Shown here: positions 20,572-29,855 of the stretch, piece by piece
How the letters are laid out: each line of letters begins with the position of its first letter
Position numbering within the stretch: the first letter of the stretch is position 1
Origin: Alphaproteobacteria bacterium
Lineage (GTDB): Bacteria; Pseudomonadota; Alphaproteobacteria; MPNO01
Reading direction: 5' to 3'
DNA: 64,000 nucleotides
Assembly: GCA_965248835.1 (NCBI GenBank)
Contig: CBDFLJ010000002.1
Span: 2,464,001-2,528,000 of the forward strand
Position numbers and translations under genes: made by a program
Notes under the pieces: generated by a model
What the model saw: only the letters and a program-made list of their open reading frames with translations
Database searches by the model: none
What the model was told of the DNA's origin: nothing

Positions 20572-20607
20572 ATTATTCCAATTGGGCAAGCGCCGTTTTG
20601 CGGGCAC

Positions 20608-20635
20608 ATCATAGCGCTTAGACCAGCCAACTCAA
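20608..20635 (-). promoter_or_regulatory. Putative sigma70 promoter of prpDBC
   Basis: Minus-strand TTGAGT-N16-TATGAT about 40 nt upstream of the prpD ATG. Confidence 0.45.
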
Positions 20636-20683
20636 ACGCCGGGCGACGTTGTGGCGCCCGGTGGAGTGTGATTAGGTGGCCCG

Positions 20684-21328
20684 ATGACGCCGAGCCATGT
20701 TCTTCGCCTGACGATCGACCGCCTGGCTCCGGGCGCGGCGATGACGGCGCCGCTGCCGGCGGCAATCCGGGCGTGCCATGTCGCCGAGGGCATGGCCTGG
20801 TTGCGCACCGGCGATGTTGCGGGCGCGCTGTCCGCCAACGCCGCCCTGTTCTCGACCGGCGGCCTCGAGGTGGAAGCCGGCAAGGACGGGGCGGTGATCC
20901 TGCGTTACGAGCTCCATCGCGCGGATGCCGCCGGCGCCGGCGCGCCGGTCCTGGAGGCCGGGCTCACGCTCGAGGATCCGGACGGCTATCTGTTGCGCTG
21001 CGACATGGTCGCTCTGCCGCCGGGCGGCATCGCCTATACCCACACCCATCAGGGCGGCGGGATCAGGTGCCTGCTGGAGGGCGGCTTCAACGTCGAGGTT
21101 GCCGGCAAGACCACCGCCATCGGCCCGCTGGAGGCCTGGTTCGAGGCCGGCCCCGACCCGGTCTACGCCCATGCACCCGAAGACAGGCCCGGCCGGTTCA
21201 GCCGGGTGATGATCCTGCCCCGCCGGCTCAAGGGCAAGAGCTCGATCCGCTATGTGAACCCCGAGGATGCGGACAAGCCGAAGCTTCAGACATACACGGT
21301 CTTTCTGGACGAGTTTATCGAGACATGA
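20684..21328 (+). CDS. Cupin-like hypothetical protein
   Basis: C-terminal HTHQGGGIR...WFE cupin-like motifs; ATGA overlap with the ThDP enzyme gene. Confidence 0.7.
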   Translation: MTPSHVLRLTIDRLAPGAAMTAPLPAAIRACHVAEGMAWLRTGDVAGALSANAALFSTGGLEVEAGKDGAVILRYELHRADAAGAGAPVLEAGLTLEDPDGYLLRCDMVALPPGGIAYTHTHQGGGIRCLLEGGFNVEVAGKTTAIGPLEAWFEAGPDPVYAHAPEDRPGRFSRVMILPRRLKGKSSIRYVNPEDADKPKLQTYTVFLDEFIET

Positions 21329-22995
21329 GCACCAATCTCAGGACCGGCGGCCAGATCCTGGTCGATGCGCTGCGCACCCACGATGTCGATACGATCTATT
21401 GCGTGCCGGGCGAGAGCTATATCGCCACGCTCGACGCCCTGTTCGATGCCCGCGATGCGATCCGCGTCGTGACCTGCCGCCAGGAGGGCGGGGCAGCGAA
21501 CATGGCCGATGCCTACGGCAAGATGACCGGCCGGCCCGGCGTCTGTTTCGTCACGCGCGGGCCGGGTGCGACGAACGCCAGCGTCGGCATCCATACCGCC
21601 CGCCAGGACTCCACGCCGCTGGTGCTGTTCATCGGCCAGGTCGCGCGGCCGATGGCAGAGCGCGAGGCGTTCCAGGAGATCGACTTCCGCCGCATGTTCG
21701 GCGAGATGACCAAGTGGACCGCCCAGATCGACGACCCGGGACGGATCCCCGAATACGTCAACCGCGCCTTCCGTACCGCGGTCTCCGGCCGGCCGGGCCC
21801 GGTCGCGCTCGCTCTGCCCGAGGACATGCAGACCGAGCGCGCCCAGGCCGAAGACGGGGCACGCTATCAGGAGGTCCAGGCCCATCCCGATCCCGCGGAT
21901 GTCGCCCGCTTGGCCGTGATGCTGGGCGAGGCCCGGCGCCCGCTGGTGCTGGTCGGCGGCGCCGGCTGGACCCAGGCCGCCTATGACGACCTGCATGCGT
22001 TTGCCGAGGCCAACGACCTGCCGGTGGCTGCGGCGTTCCGGCGCCAGGACCATTTCGACAACCGGCACCGGTGCTATGTCGGCATGGTCGGGCTCGGTCT
22101 CAACCCGCATCTCGCCGAACTGATCAAGGGCGCCGACCTGTTGATCGTCCTCGGCGCGCAGTTGGGCGAGATCATCACCCAGGGCTACACGCTGTTCGCC
22201 ATGCCCCGGCCGCGCCAGCGCCTGGTCCACGTCAGCGCCGGCGTCGCCGAGCTCGGCAAGGTCTATCAGCCCGAGCTTGCGATCAATTCCGGGATGCCGG
22301 CGATTGCCGCCGCCCTGCGCGCGCTTCCGGTCGTGGCCGAGCGGCCCTGGGCCGGGCTCAGAGCCGAAGCACGGGCCGCCTATGAAGATTTCAGCGCGCC
22401 CACGGATTCACCGGGCTCGCTCAACCTCGCCGCGGTGGTGCGCATGCTGGAAGGGCTGCTGCCCGAAGACGCGATCATCGCCAACGGCGCGGGAAACTTT
22501 TCGGTCTGGCTGCACCGGTTTCACCGCTACCGCGGCTTCCGCACCCAGCTCGCCCCACAGTCCGGGGCGATGGGCTACGGCGTGCCCGCCGGCGTCGCGG
22601 CGGCGATCCGCCACCCCGACCGCCAGGTGGTCTCCTGGTCGGGCGACGGCTGCTTCCTGATGAACGGCCAGGAGGTCTCGACCGCGGCCGCGAACCAGTG
22701 TCGAAATCTCGTCTTCCTGGTAGTCAACAACGGGACCTACGGCACCATCCGCATGCACCAGGAACGCCATTATCCGGAACGGGTGATCGCCACCGACCTC
22801 GCCAACCCCGACTTCGCGGCGCTCGCGCGCGCCTACGGCCTGCATGGCGAGACGGTCACCCGTACGGAAGAGTTCGAGGCGGCCTACGCGCGTGCGCGCG
22901 CGGCCGGAACCGCCTCCCTGATCGACCTTGTCGTCGATCCCGACGTGATCCTGCCGACGACAACGATTAGCGAGATTCGCCAGGCCGCGCGCTAA
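21325..22995 (+). CDS. Thiamine diphosphate-dependent enzyme (acetolactate synthase large subunit-like)
   Basis: VPGESY, RQEGGA, TRGPG, FQE, SGAMGYG and GDG...NN ThDP motifs. Confidence 0.9.
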   Translation: MSTNLRTGGQILVDALRTHDVDTIYCVPGESYIATLDALFDARDAIRVVTCRQEGGAANMADAYGKMTGRPGVCFVTRGPGATNASVGIHTARQDSTPLVLFIGQVARPMAEREAFQEIDFRRMFGEMTKWTAQIDDPGRIPEYVNRAFRTAVSGRPGPVALALPEDMQTERAQAEDGARYQEVQAHPDPADVARLAVMLGEARRPLVLVGGAGWTQAAYDDLHAFAEANDLPVAAAFRRQDHFDNRHRCYVGMVGLGLNPHLAELIKGADLLIVLGAQLGEIITQGYTLFAMPRPRQRLVHVSAGVAELGKVYQPELAINSGMPAIAAALRALPVVAERPWAGLRAEARAAYEDFSAPTDSPGSLNLAAVVRMLEGLLPEDAIIANGAGNFSVWLHRFHRYRGFRTQLAPQSGAMGYGVPAGVAAAIRHPDRQVVSWSGDGCFLMNGQEVSTAAANQCRNLVFLVVNNGTYGTIRMHQERHYPERVIATDLANPDFAALARAYGLHGETVTRTEEFEAAYARARAAGTASLIDLVVDPDVILPTTTISEIRQAAR

Positions 22996-23053
22996 CGCGG
23001 CGACCGACGGCGGCGGTGCCGGCGTGGGCCGGCGCCGATATTCGGTCAACGGA

Positions 23054-23887
23054 TCACTTTGAGAGCAGCGCGTTCATCTCCGGATGGAGGACCACACCCT
23101 CGGTGAAACCATAGGTCCCGGTATCCTTGAGCTCGCCGGCGATCCGGCGGGCAAGGGTGGCGAAGGCGAGCGACATCAGGCCGCCGATGCTCACCCGGGC
23201 GACCCCGAGCCCGGCCAGCACCGGGATCGGCGGCGAGACGCCGCTCGCCAGGACGTTGAGCGGTCCGTCGATCTCCTCGCACAGGGTGGAGATCGTCTCT
23301 GCATCCCGCGCGAAGGGCACGAACAGGCAATCCGCGCCGGCCGCGCGGTAGGCGTTGGCGCGCTCGATCGCCTCCGTGACGGCCTCGGGCCCCGTGCCGC
23401 CCTTGAGTAAGACATCGGTGCGCGCGTTGATCACCACGGGCACGCGCGCGGAATCGGCCGCTTCCCGGCCGGCGGCAATGCGCTCCGCCGCGAGCGTGCG
23501 GTCGATCAGCTTGGCTTCGCCCTCGAAGGCGCCGTCCTCGATGTTGAGCCCGACGGCGCCCGCCTCGATGGTCTCCCACACGGTCTGGGCGACCGCTTCG
23601 GGTGCGGTGCCGTAGCCCGCCTCCATATCGGCGGTGACCGGGACGTCGAGCGCACCGGCAATCCGGCGGACCATGGACAGCATTTCCTCACGCGAGATCA
23701 TCTGGCCGTCCGGATAACCCAGCAACCAGGCGACGCCGGCGCTGGACGTCGCGACCGCCCGGAAGCCGGCCTCGACGACAATCTTGGCCGAGCCGACGTC
23801 CGAAGCATTGGCAAGGACGAGGATCTCGCGGCCGTCATGCATGGCCTTGAAGGCAAGGGCCTTGTCGATCTGGTCCTGATTGGCCAT
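23054..23887 (-). CDS. Isocitrate lyase/PEP mutase family protein
   Basis: ATSSAG, GYPDG, ADMEAGYG, NIEDG and NARTD; no KxCGH loop. Confidence 0.87.
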   Translation of the reverse strand: MANQDQIDKALAFKAMHDGREILVLANASDVGSAKIVVEAGFRAVATSSAGVAWLLGYPDGQMISREEMLSMVRRIAGALDVPVTADMEAGYGTAPEAVAQTVWETIEAGAVGLNIEDGAFEGEAKLIDRTLAAERIAAGREAADSARVPVVINARTDVLLKGGTGPEAVTEAIERANAYRAAGADCLFVPFARDAETISTLCEEIDGPLNVLASGVSPPIPVLAGLGVARVSIGGLMSLAFATLARRIAGELKDTGTYGFTEGVVLHPEMNALLSK

Positions 23888-23895
23888 CGGTCCCC

Positions 23896-25224
23896 CTAAA
23901 ACCCGATCTCGGGCACCGGCCCGCCGGCGGCCATGCCCAGCACGCCGTCGATGACGGGTTGCGGATCGGCGAGGCCGCCGAAGCGCAGCAGATCGCGGGC
24001 CTTTTCCGCCATTTCGGCCGCATCGAGGGCCGCTTCGGGATCACCCTTGCATTCCGGTTTCCTGGCGGCGACCCGCCTGCCGTCGGCAAGCCTCACCGAG
24101 ACCTCGCCGCCCCAGGACGCGGGGTAGGCCGACTGGTAGGGCTCGCCCGCACCGACCCGAACCTTTGCGCGCAGGCCGGCCAGGCGCGCACGCGCCGCCA
24201 CCTCGAAGGACTCGAAGGTGACCTTGCCGTCGGCCAGCGCTGCGGCAACGCAGTGCTGCAGCGAGAACTTCCCCTCATAGGGCGAGGTCGGCGCGGCCCG
24301 GTCGCACACATCGACCGCGGCCTGGTAGGTGAGCGCTTCGATGTCGGCGACCGCGCCCGCTTCGACCTTGCCCGACAGATCGAGCGCGGCATCGATCACC
24401 GGATGGGTGTGGCGGCAGGCCGGCCAGGGCTTGATCGAGACCGCATGGACCTGCCAGGGCGCGTCCGGGTGGCGCAGCACCGCGCCCGGGTCCGGGTCCG
24501 GGCAGGCGCCGGCATAGAGGCCTTGCGGACCCTCGAGGATCGCCGGCGGGCCGGTGAACCCCGCCTGGGCGAGCTCGGCCGCGACCAGCCCCGCCTCGGC
24601 GGCCCGGCCGGCATGGAGATGCTTGCTCATCGCGCCGGTGTTGAGGAACTCCCACAGCCCGGCGGACTGGGTGCCTGCGTTGCCCAGCGCATGGACGGTC
24701 GCCTCATCGTCGAGACCGAGGACGGTCGCTGCGCCCATCGCCGCGCCGAACGGCCCGCAGGTCGCGGTGTTGTGCCAGACCTTGTAATGGGCCTTGCCGA
24801 CCGACATGCCGACCCGGCAGACCGCCTCGAAGCCGAACAGCACCGCGCGCAGGAATTCTTCGCCCGTCACCCCGGTCCGTTGCGCCAGGGCAAGGACGGC
24901 CGGGATCACCACGCAGCCCGGATGGCTGACCGAACCGCGGTGCAGGTCGTCGACCTCCAGCACGTGCATGCAGCCGCCCATCACCAGCGCCCGGCGGCCG
25001 GCATCGCTCTGGCGGTGCGCGCCCCACGCCTGCAGGATCCGGCCCGGCTCGGTCTGCCGGCCGGCCAGCATGTTGGCGACGCCGTCGAGCGTCACCAGCG
25101 CCATCGCCTCGAGATCGGCCGCGGCGACCGGCTTGGCGCGGATCAGATCGACCAGCCCGGCGGTGAGCGAGCGCGCTCGGGGTGAGATCTCTTCGACGAA
25201 TCGCGCGCCGGAGGCGCTGGTCAT
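23896..25224 (-). CDS. MmgE/PrpD family protein
   Basis: DDLH, SHPG, WHNT, KHLHAG, KPWPACRHTH and KFS motifs. Confidence 0.88.
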   Translation of the reverse strand: MTSASGARFVEEISPRARSLTAGLVDLIRAKPVAAADLEAMALVTLDGVANMLAGRQTEPGRILQAWGAHRQSDAGRRALVMGGCMHVLEVDDLHRGSVSHPGCVVIPAVLALAQRTGVTGEEFLRAVLFGFEAVCRVGMSVGKAHYKVWHNTATCGPFGAAMGAATVLGLDDEATVHALGNAGTQSAGLWEFLNTGAMSKHLHAGRAAEAGLVAAELAQAGFTGPPAILEGPQGLYAGACPDPDPGAVLRHPDAPWQVHAVSIKPWPACRHTHPVIDAALDLSGKVEAGAVADIEALTYQAAVDVCDRAAPTSPYEGKFSLQHCVAAALADGKVTFESFEVAARARLAGLRAKVRVGAGEPYQSAYPASWGGEVSVRLADGRRVAARKPECKGDPEAALDAAEMAEKARDLLRFGGLADPQPVIDGVLGMAAGGPVPEIGF

Positions 25225-25236
25225 TGCCGATTCCTG

Positions 25237-26478
25237 TCAGGCCGCGCGGCTGGGCGGCGCGTAATCGGGGAAACGGTCCGAGACGTCCATGTTGAAGAAC
25301 TTGCGCGCGTTCTCGCCCAGGATGTTGCGCTTGGCGGTCTCGTCCAGGAACGGCAGGTCCCAGATCACCGAGGGCAGATCCATGTCCCAATGCGGGTAAT
25401 CCGAGCACCAGCAGAGCTGGGTCTCGGCCTTGATCATCTTGAAGGTCATCTCGAGGATATCGAGATCGTTGGGGACCTCCATCGGCTGGGAGGAATAGTA
25501 CATGTCCTGCATGTACTCGCTCGGCAGCTTCTTGAGCGACGGCGCTTCGGAGGAACGCATCCGGTAGTCGTTGTCCAGCCGCTGCATCAGCCACGGGACC
25601 CAGGCCAGGCCGGATTCGATCCACATCACCTTGAGCTTGGGGAAGCGCTCGGGCAGACCGTTGATCACCCAGTTCGCGCAATGCATGGCGTTGTAGATCG
25701 TAAAGCCCATCGCATGGGTGACCAGGAACCGGTTCGACGCCCCCAACAGCGGGTCGTTCCAGTTGTAGGAGGCGTGGAAGGCGAGCGGCTGGCCCATCTC
25801 CTCCATCAGGCGGTAGGTCTTCATGTAGGCGTTGTCGTAGACCGGCTTATAGCGGGTCGAGACGACGGAAAATCCGATCACGCCGTCCTTGTCGCCGAAG
25901 TCCTGGACCATCTTGTAGCTGGCATCGGGATCGTTGAACGGCAGATAGAGCATCGAGCGGATGCGCTTGTTCTGCGGCAGGATGTTCTCGACCAGCCAGC
26001 GGTTATAGGCCCGCGACATCTGGGCCTCGATCTCGGGCTGGGGGTGCAGGCCCAGGAGCAGCATCGGCGTGGGGAACATCGAGACGTAGTCCACGCCCAT
26101 CGACTCCATCCACTTGAGCGAGAGGTGGACATCGCGGTGGGTGCCATCGGCCGGCGTCTTCTCCAGCTTGCGCAAGGGATAGCGCATCACCCGGCCGGAG
26201 ACGTCCTGGTATCCCACCACGCCGGGGAGCAGCGGCGTCTGCGCGCCGGTCCCGGCGCCGCCGGTATAGGCGAGCCCGGTCTGCTTGATCACCGGGTCCT
26301 CGATATACTGGATGATGTCGCGCAGCGACTCGTTCTCGTAGTGGTGGCAGTCGACATCGATGATCAGCACGTCCTCCAGCCCGCGCTTGTCGCGCTGGCG
26401 GGCGGCGTTGATCAGCAGCTTCTCCGTATCGAAGCTCTCCACGGACATCTTGTGAATATCGCTTGTCGGAATATCCAT
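25237..26478 (-). CDS. Amidohydrolase_2-fold metalloenzyme, candidate dinuclear oxygenase
   Basis: DVDCH, FH, ESG and SDYPHWD metal-ligand pattern; Rieske gene in the same operon. Confidence 0.85.
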   Translation of the reverse strand: MDIPTSDIHKMSVESFDTEKLLINAARQRDKRGLEDVLIIDVDCHHYENESLRDIIQYIEDPVIKQTGLAYTGGAGTGAQTPLLPGVVGYQDVSGRVMRYPLRKLEKTPADGTHRDVHLSLKWMESMGVDYVSMFPTPMLLLGLHPQPEIEAQMSRAYNRWLVENILPQNKRIRSMLYLPFNDPDASYKMVQDFGDKDGVIGFSVVSTRYKPVYDNAYMKTYRLMEEMGQPLAFHASYNWNDPLLGASNRFLVTHAMGFTIYNAMHCANWVINGLPERFPKLKVMWIESGLAWVPWLMQRLDNDYRMRSSEAPSLKKLPSEYMQDMYYSSQPMEVPNDLDILEMTFKMIKAETQLCWCSDYPHWDMDLPSVIWDLPFLDETAKRNILGENARKFFNMDVSDRFPDYAPPSRAA

Positions 26479-26491
26479 CGCTTGCTTCCCT

Positions 26492-26821
26492 TCAGGCGCC
26501 CGACCAGGCCTGCCACATGCCGAGCTCGAACAGCTCGACATTGACCGCCCGGAGCATTGCAGTGCACATGATCATGACCGCGGTTGCCGGCATCGCGCGG
26601 TCGTCGGTGAAGGGCGACCACCGCTCGCCGATCTGGAACTTGACGGTATAGAGCTTGGTCAGCGCGGTGAGGCCCTCCCGGATCAGCTCGTCCGGCGGCT
26701 CGGCCCCGTCATCGAGCGCCAGCAACTTCCGCGCGATTTCCTTCAGCGCCGCCGTCTCCTCGCCGACATCGGCCAGAAGATCGCCGACCTCTTCGGCATC
26801 CGGATCCTCAGGCGAGGACAT
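26492..26821 (-). CDS. Small hypothetical protein between the Rieske and amidohydrolase genes
   Basis: 109 aa and predicted helical, ending in ELFELGMWQAWS; overlaps the Rieske gene by 14 nt. Confidence 0.75.
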   Translation of the reverse strand: MSSPEDPDAEEVGDLLADVGEETAALKEIARKLLALDDGAEPPDELIREGLTALTKLYTVKFQIGERWSPFTDDRAMPATAVMIMCTAMLRAVNVELFELGMWQAWSGA

Positions 26822-27176
26822 AGATGCCGTCCTCTTTCTCGACGACGTCGTATTTCCTGAGCTTGAACGTCCTGTCCGCGACCATCACACCGGTCTCGAG
26901 ATCGTACTCCCACCCGTGCCACGGGCAGACGATATGCATCTCGTCGTGGTTGAACCGCATGCCCTGATAGGTCCGGTCATCGGCGATGACCTCCTCGACC
27001 TTGGCCATCAGCAGCCCCTCGCAGGCCGGCCCGCCCTGGTGCGCGCACAGGTTCTGGTAGGCATAGAGCTTGCCCTTGACGCGGTAGACGCCGATCTCGC
27101 TGCTGCCGTTGGGGACGATCTTGCGCTCCCCGTCGCCAATCTCCTCTGACTTGGCGATGAAGACTTCCTTTGCCAT
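26808..27176 (-). CDS. Rieske [2Fe-2S] ferredoxin
   Basis: CAHQGGP and CPWHGW boxes with a long insertion between them. Confidence 0.92.
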   Translation of the reverse strand: MAKEVFIAKSEEIGDGERKIVPNGSSEIGVYRVKGKLYAYQNLCAHQGGPACEGLLMAKVEEVIADDRTYQGMRFNHDEMHIVCPWHGWEYDLETGVMVADRTFKLRKYDVVEKEDGIYVLA

Positions 27177-27209
27177 GTACTCACTCTCCTGCGGGCCGGT
27201 TGTCGTTCC

Positions 27210-28052
27210 TCAATTGGTCGCCACCGACAGCGTCCGCGCCGCGGCGCCGCCCTGGTGCCGGTTCGCGCGGCTCTGCAGCCGGGTCATGCCGACATTGGCC
27301 AGCGCGGCCAGGGCGAAGATGATCAGGATGATCGCGTACATCTCCGCGATCCTGAACTGTTCGTAGTAGTTGCCCAGCCGGTATCCGAGCCCGCCGTCGG
27401 CGAACTTGAGCTCGGCGACGAGCACGCCGATCACGGTGATGGCCATACCGAGCCTGAGCCCGGTGATCACCGGGTTGACCATCGCCGGGATGTAGATCTT
27501 GGCCGCCATCTGCCAGCCGCTGAGATTGAAGCTCTTGCCCACGCGCAGCAGCACCGGGTTGATCAGGATCATGCCCAGCGCAGTCGAGAACACCACCGGG
27601 AAGAAGGCCGAAAGCGCCCCCTTGGCCATCTTGGAATCGATCCCGGTGCCGAAGATCAGGAACAGGATCGGCAGGAAGATGATCTTGGGCGTCGAGCCAA
27701 TCGCGTTCAGATAGGGCTCCAGCGCCTTGCGGAGCAGCGGGTTGACGCCCATCGAGATGCCGAGCGCGATGGCGATCGACGAGCCGACGATGAAGCCGAC
27801 GATATGCTCGGCGAAGGTGATGCCGAGGTCGCGGTAGAAGTCCGCAGCCGTCACCTCGTTCCACACCGCCAAGCCGATCTCCCACGACGATGGGATCACG
27901 TCGCCGTAGAGGACCTCCAAATTGCCGAGAAGCGCCAGCCCCTCCCAGGCGACCAGCAAGCCGACCACCGTGACGAGGCGGATGCGCCCGACCGACAGTT
28001 CGCGATCGGCTCCGGCCGCGGCGGTGCCGCGGATTACACCGGCCTGAGCCAT
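27210..28052 (-). CDS. ABC permease (NitT/TauT family)
   Basis: TM helices; PKII, GLRLG and VAE...GGLG motifs. Confidence 0.88.
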   Translation of the reverse strand: MAQAGVIRGTAAAGADRELSVGRIRLVTVVGLLVAWEGLALLGNLEVLYGDVIPSSWEIGLAVWNEVTAADFYRDLGITFAEHIVGFIVGSSIAIALGISMGVNPLLRKALEPYLNAIGSTPKIIFLPILFLIFGTGIDSKMAKGALSAFFPVVFSTALGMILINPVLLRVGKSFNLSGWQMAAKIYIPAMVNPVITGLRLGMAITVIGVLVAELKFADGGLGYRLGNYYEQFRIAEMYAIILIIFALAALANVGMTRLQSRANRHQGGAAARTLSVATN

Positions 28053-28786
28053 TTCTCGATCCTCCCGAACCCCCAGTAGAAGATGACGCTCACCAGGATG
28101 ACGGCGATGATGCTGGCATAGGTGCCGGGCGTGTCGAAGCGGAAATACATCTCCGAGACGACCCGTCCCAGCCCGCCGAAGTCAATCAAATACTCGATCG
28201 CGACAATGTTGACGAGGGTGTACATCACCCCGATCCGGATGCCCGTGAAGATCGTCGGCACCGCCGCCGGCAACTGGATCTTCCAGAACATCTCGCGTTC
28301 GGAGACGTTGAAGCTGCGCCCGACATTGACCAGTGTGTCGGAGACCCCCAGCAATCCCTGCCGGGTCTGGATGATGATCGGGATGGAGCCCGGGATGAAC
28401 CCCATCATGATCAGCGTCAGGTGGGTGCGCCCGAAGATCACCAGGAACAGCGGATAGAGCAGCACCGTCGGCGCGGCGAAGGCGGCGGCGAGCCAGCCTT
28501 CGTAGGCGATGCCGAAGCGACGGTTGCGGTAGAGGAAGTAGCCGAACGGAATGCCGATCGCCAGGGCGATCGCCGTCGAGGCTGCGGTCATCCCGAGGGT
28601 CACCAGGAAGTTCCCGAACAGGTCCATCTCCTCCTGGACCGGCGGGAAGGCGAGGATCGCGTCGGACGGCCGCGGGACGACCAGCTCCATCACCCACCCG
28701 GCCGAGACGACCAGCTCCAGGGCCGCCACAAACGCGGCGACCCCGAGCAGGCCGACCAGGGCCGGCGATCGGGCAAGCGAGGTCAT
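28034..28786 (-). CDS. ABC permease (NitT/TauT family)
   Basis: TM helices; LPAAVPTIFTGIRIG and E...GGLG motifs. Confidence 0.88.
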   Translation of the reverse strand: MTSLARSPALVGLLGVAAFVAALELVVSAGWVMELVVPRPSDAILAFPPVQEEMDLFGNFLVTLGMTAASTAIALAIGIPFGYFLYRNRRFGIAYEGWLAAAFAAPTVLLYPLFLVIFGRTHLTLIMMGFIPGSIPIIIQTRQGLLGVSDTLVNVGRSFNVSEREMFWKIQLPAAVPTIFTGIRIGVMYTLVNIVAIEYLIDFGGLGRVVSEMYFRFDTPGTYASIIAVILVSVIFYWGFGRIEKWLRPV

Positions 28787-28812
28787 GGCCGGCCGGTCAC
28801 CGGCTCAGCGCC

Positions 28813-29778
28813 CTAGCTGGGCTTGTTGCCCATCGGATGGACCAGCTCGTGGAGCTGGGCCGGCGTCAGGAGCTTGTTGATGCGCTTGAACTTGAGCGCC
28901 ATTTCGTTGAGCTGCTGCATCTTGCCGAGCGGCAGGAAGGTCGCTTCGGTAAGAGGAATGAACTTGGGCGATTCCTTCACGTCCTCGTAATCGAGCTTCC
29001 AGCGCTTGGCGTAGGCACGTTGCTGCTTCTCGCTGGTATAGGTGATCTGCTGGCCTTCGACCATCGCCGCCATCATGCGCTGGGCGGTACCGCGGTTCTT
29101 GTCCAGCCAGTTGGAATTGGCCGCGATCACGCGGATCGTCACGCCGTTGAGCCCGGCCGCCAGGGTGCCGGTGCCGATCACCCGGATTTTCTTCTCACGC
29201 AGCAGGTTGCCGTTGAGCGGGAAGACCGACCAGCCGGACGCGACCTGGCCCGACATGACCTGGGTGCGCGAGCCCGACGGCCCGCCGACCGAGACCAGCT
29301 TGGCCGACAGATTGAGCGCATCCTTGAGGAACAGCGCCGTCAAATGGGTGGTCGAACCGGGACGGGAGTAGACCAGCTCCTTGCCGCCGTTGAGGTCCTG
29401 GAAGCTCTTGATCGGGCTGTCGGACTTGACATACCAGTAGAGGTCGCCGGTGCCCCGCTTGGTCGAGCCCAGGATGCGCACCGGCGCGCCCTTGGCGTAG
29501 GCCGCAATCACCGACAGCACGCCGACGCCGAAGCCCATGTCCTGGCTCGCGGTCATGATGGTCTGCAAGGTCGCCGCGCCGCCCGAGCCGAAGATGACAT
29601 CGACATCGAGGCCCATGCGGTCGAAGACGCCGTTTTCCTTGGCCGAAAAGACGTGCTCCATCTCGAAGACGACCTTGGTGCTGTTGATGAACCGCACCTT
29701 GTCGGCCGCAGCGGCCGGTCCGGCCGCCAGCACGGAAACGGCACCGGCAACCAGCAGCGATTTCATTGCCCTTGACAT
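28813..29778 (-). CDS. ABC substrate-binding protein (NMT1/THI5/SsuA-like)
   Basis: Signal peptide MSRAMKSLLVAGAVSVLAAGPAAAA; GSGGAAT and SRPGSTT; GGAGG RBS. Confidence 0.85.
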   Translation of the reverse strand: MSRAMKSLLVAGAVSVLAAGPAAAADKVRFINSTKVVFEMEHVFSAKENGVFDRMGLDVDVIFGSGGAATLQTIMTASQDMGFGVGVLSVIAAYAKGAPVRILGSTKRGTGDLYWYVKSDSPIKSFQDLNGGKELVYSRPGSTTHLTALFLKDALNLSAKLVSVGGPSGSRTQVMSGQVASGWSVFPLNGNLLREKKIRVIGTGTLAAGLNGVTIRVIAANSNWLDKNRGTAQRMMAAMVEGQQITYTSEKQQRAYAKRWKLDYEDVKESPKFIPLTEATFLPLGKMQQLNEMALKFKRINKLLTPAQLHELVHPMGNKPS

Positions 29779-29855
29779 CCTTGCCTCCAATTTCGTTGGC
29801 TCTGTCGGTTCTCGATCGATGGTACGCGTGATTTCGGTCGCCGTCGATGCCCCGC

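Noticed and set aside
25222-25234. 13-mer CATTGCCGATTCC also found at 61683-61695
   Set aside because: It is short and includes a start codon and RBS-like bases, so chance is a sufficient explanation.
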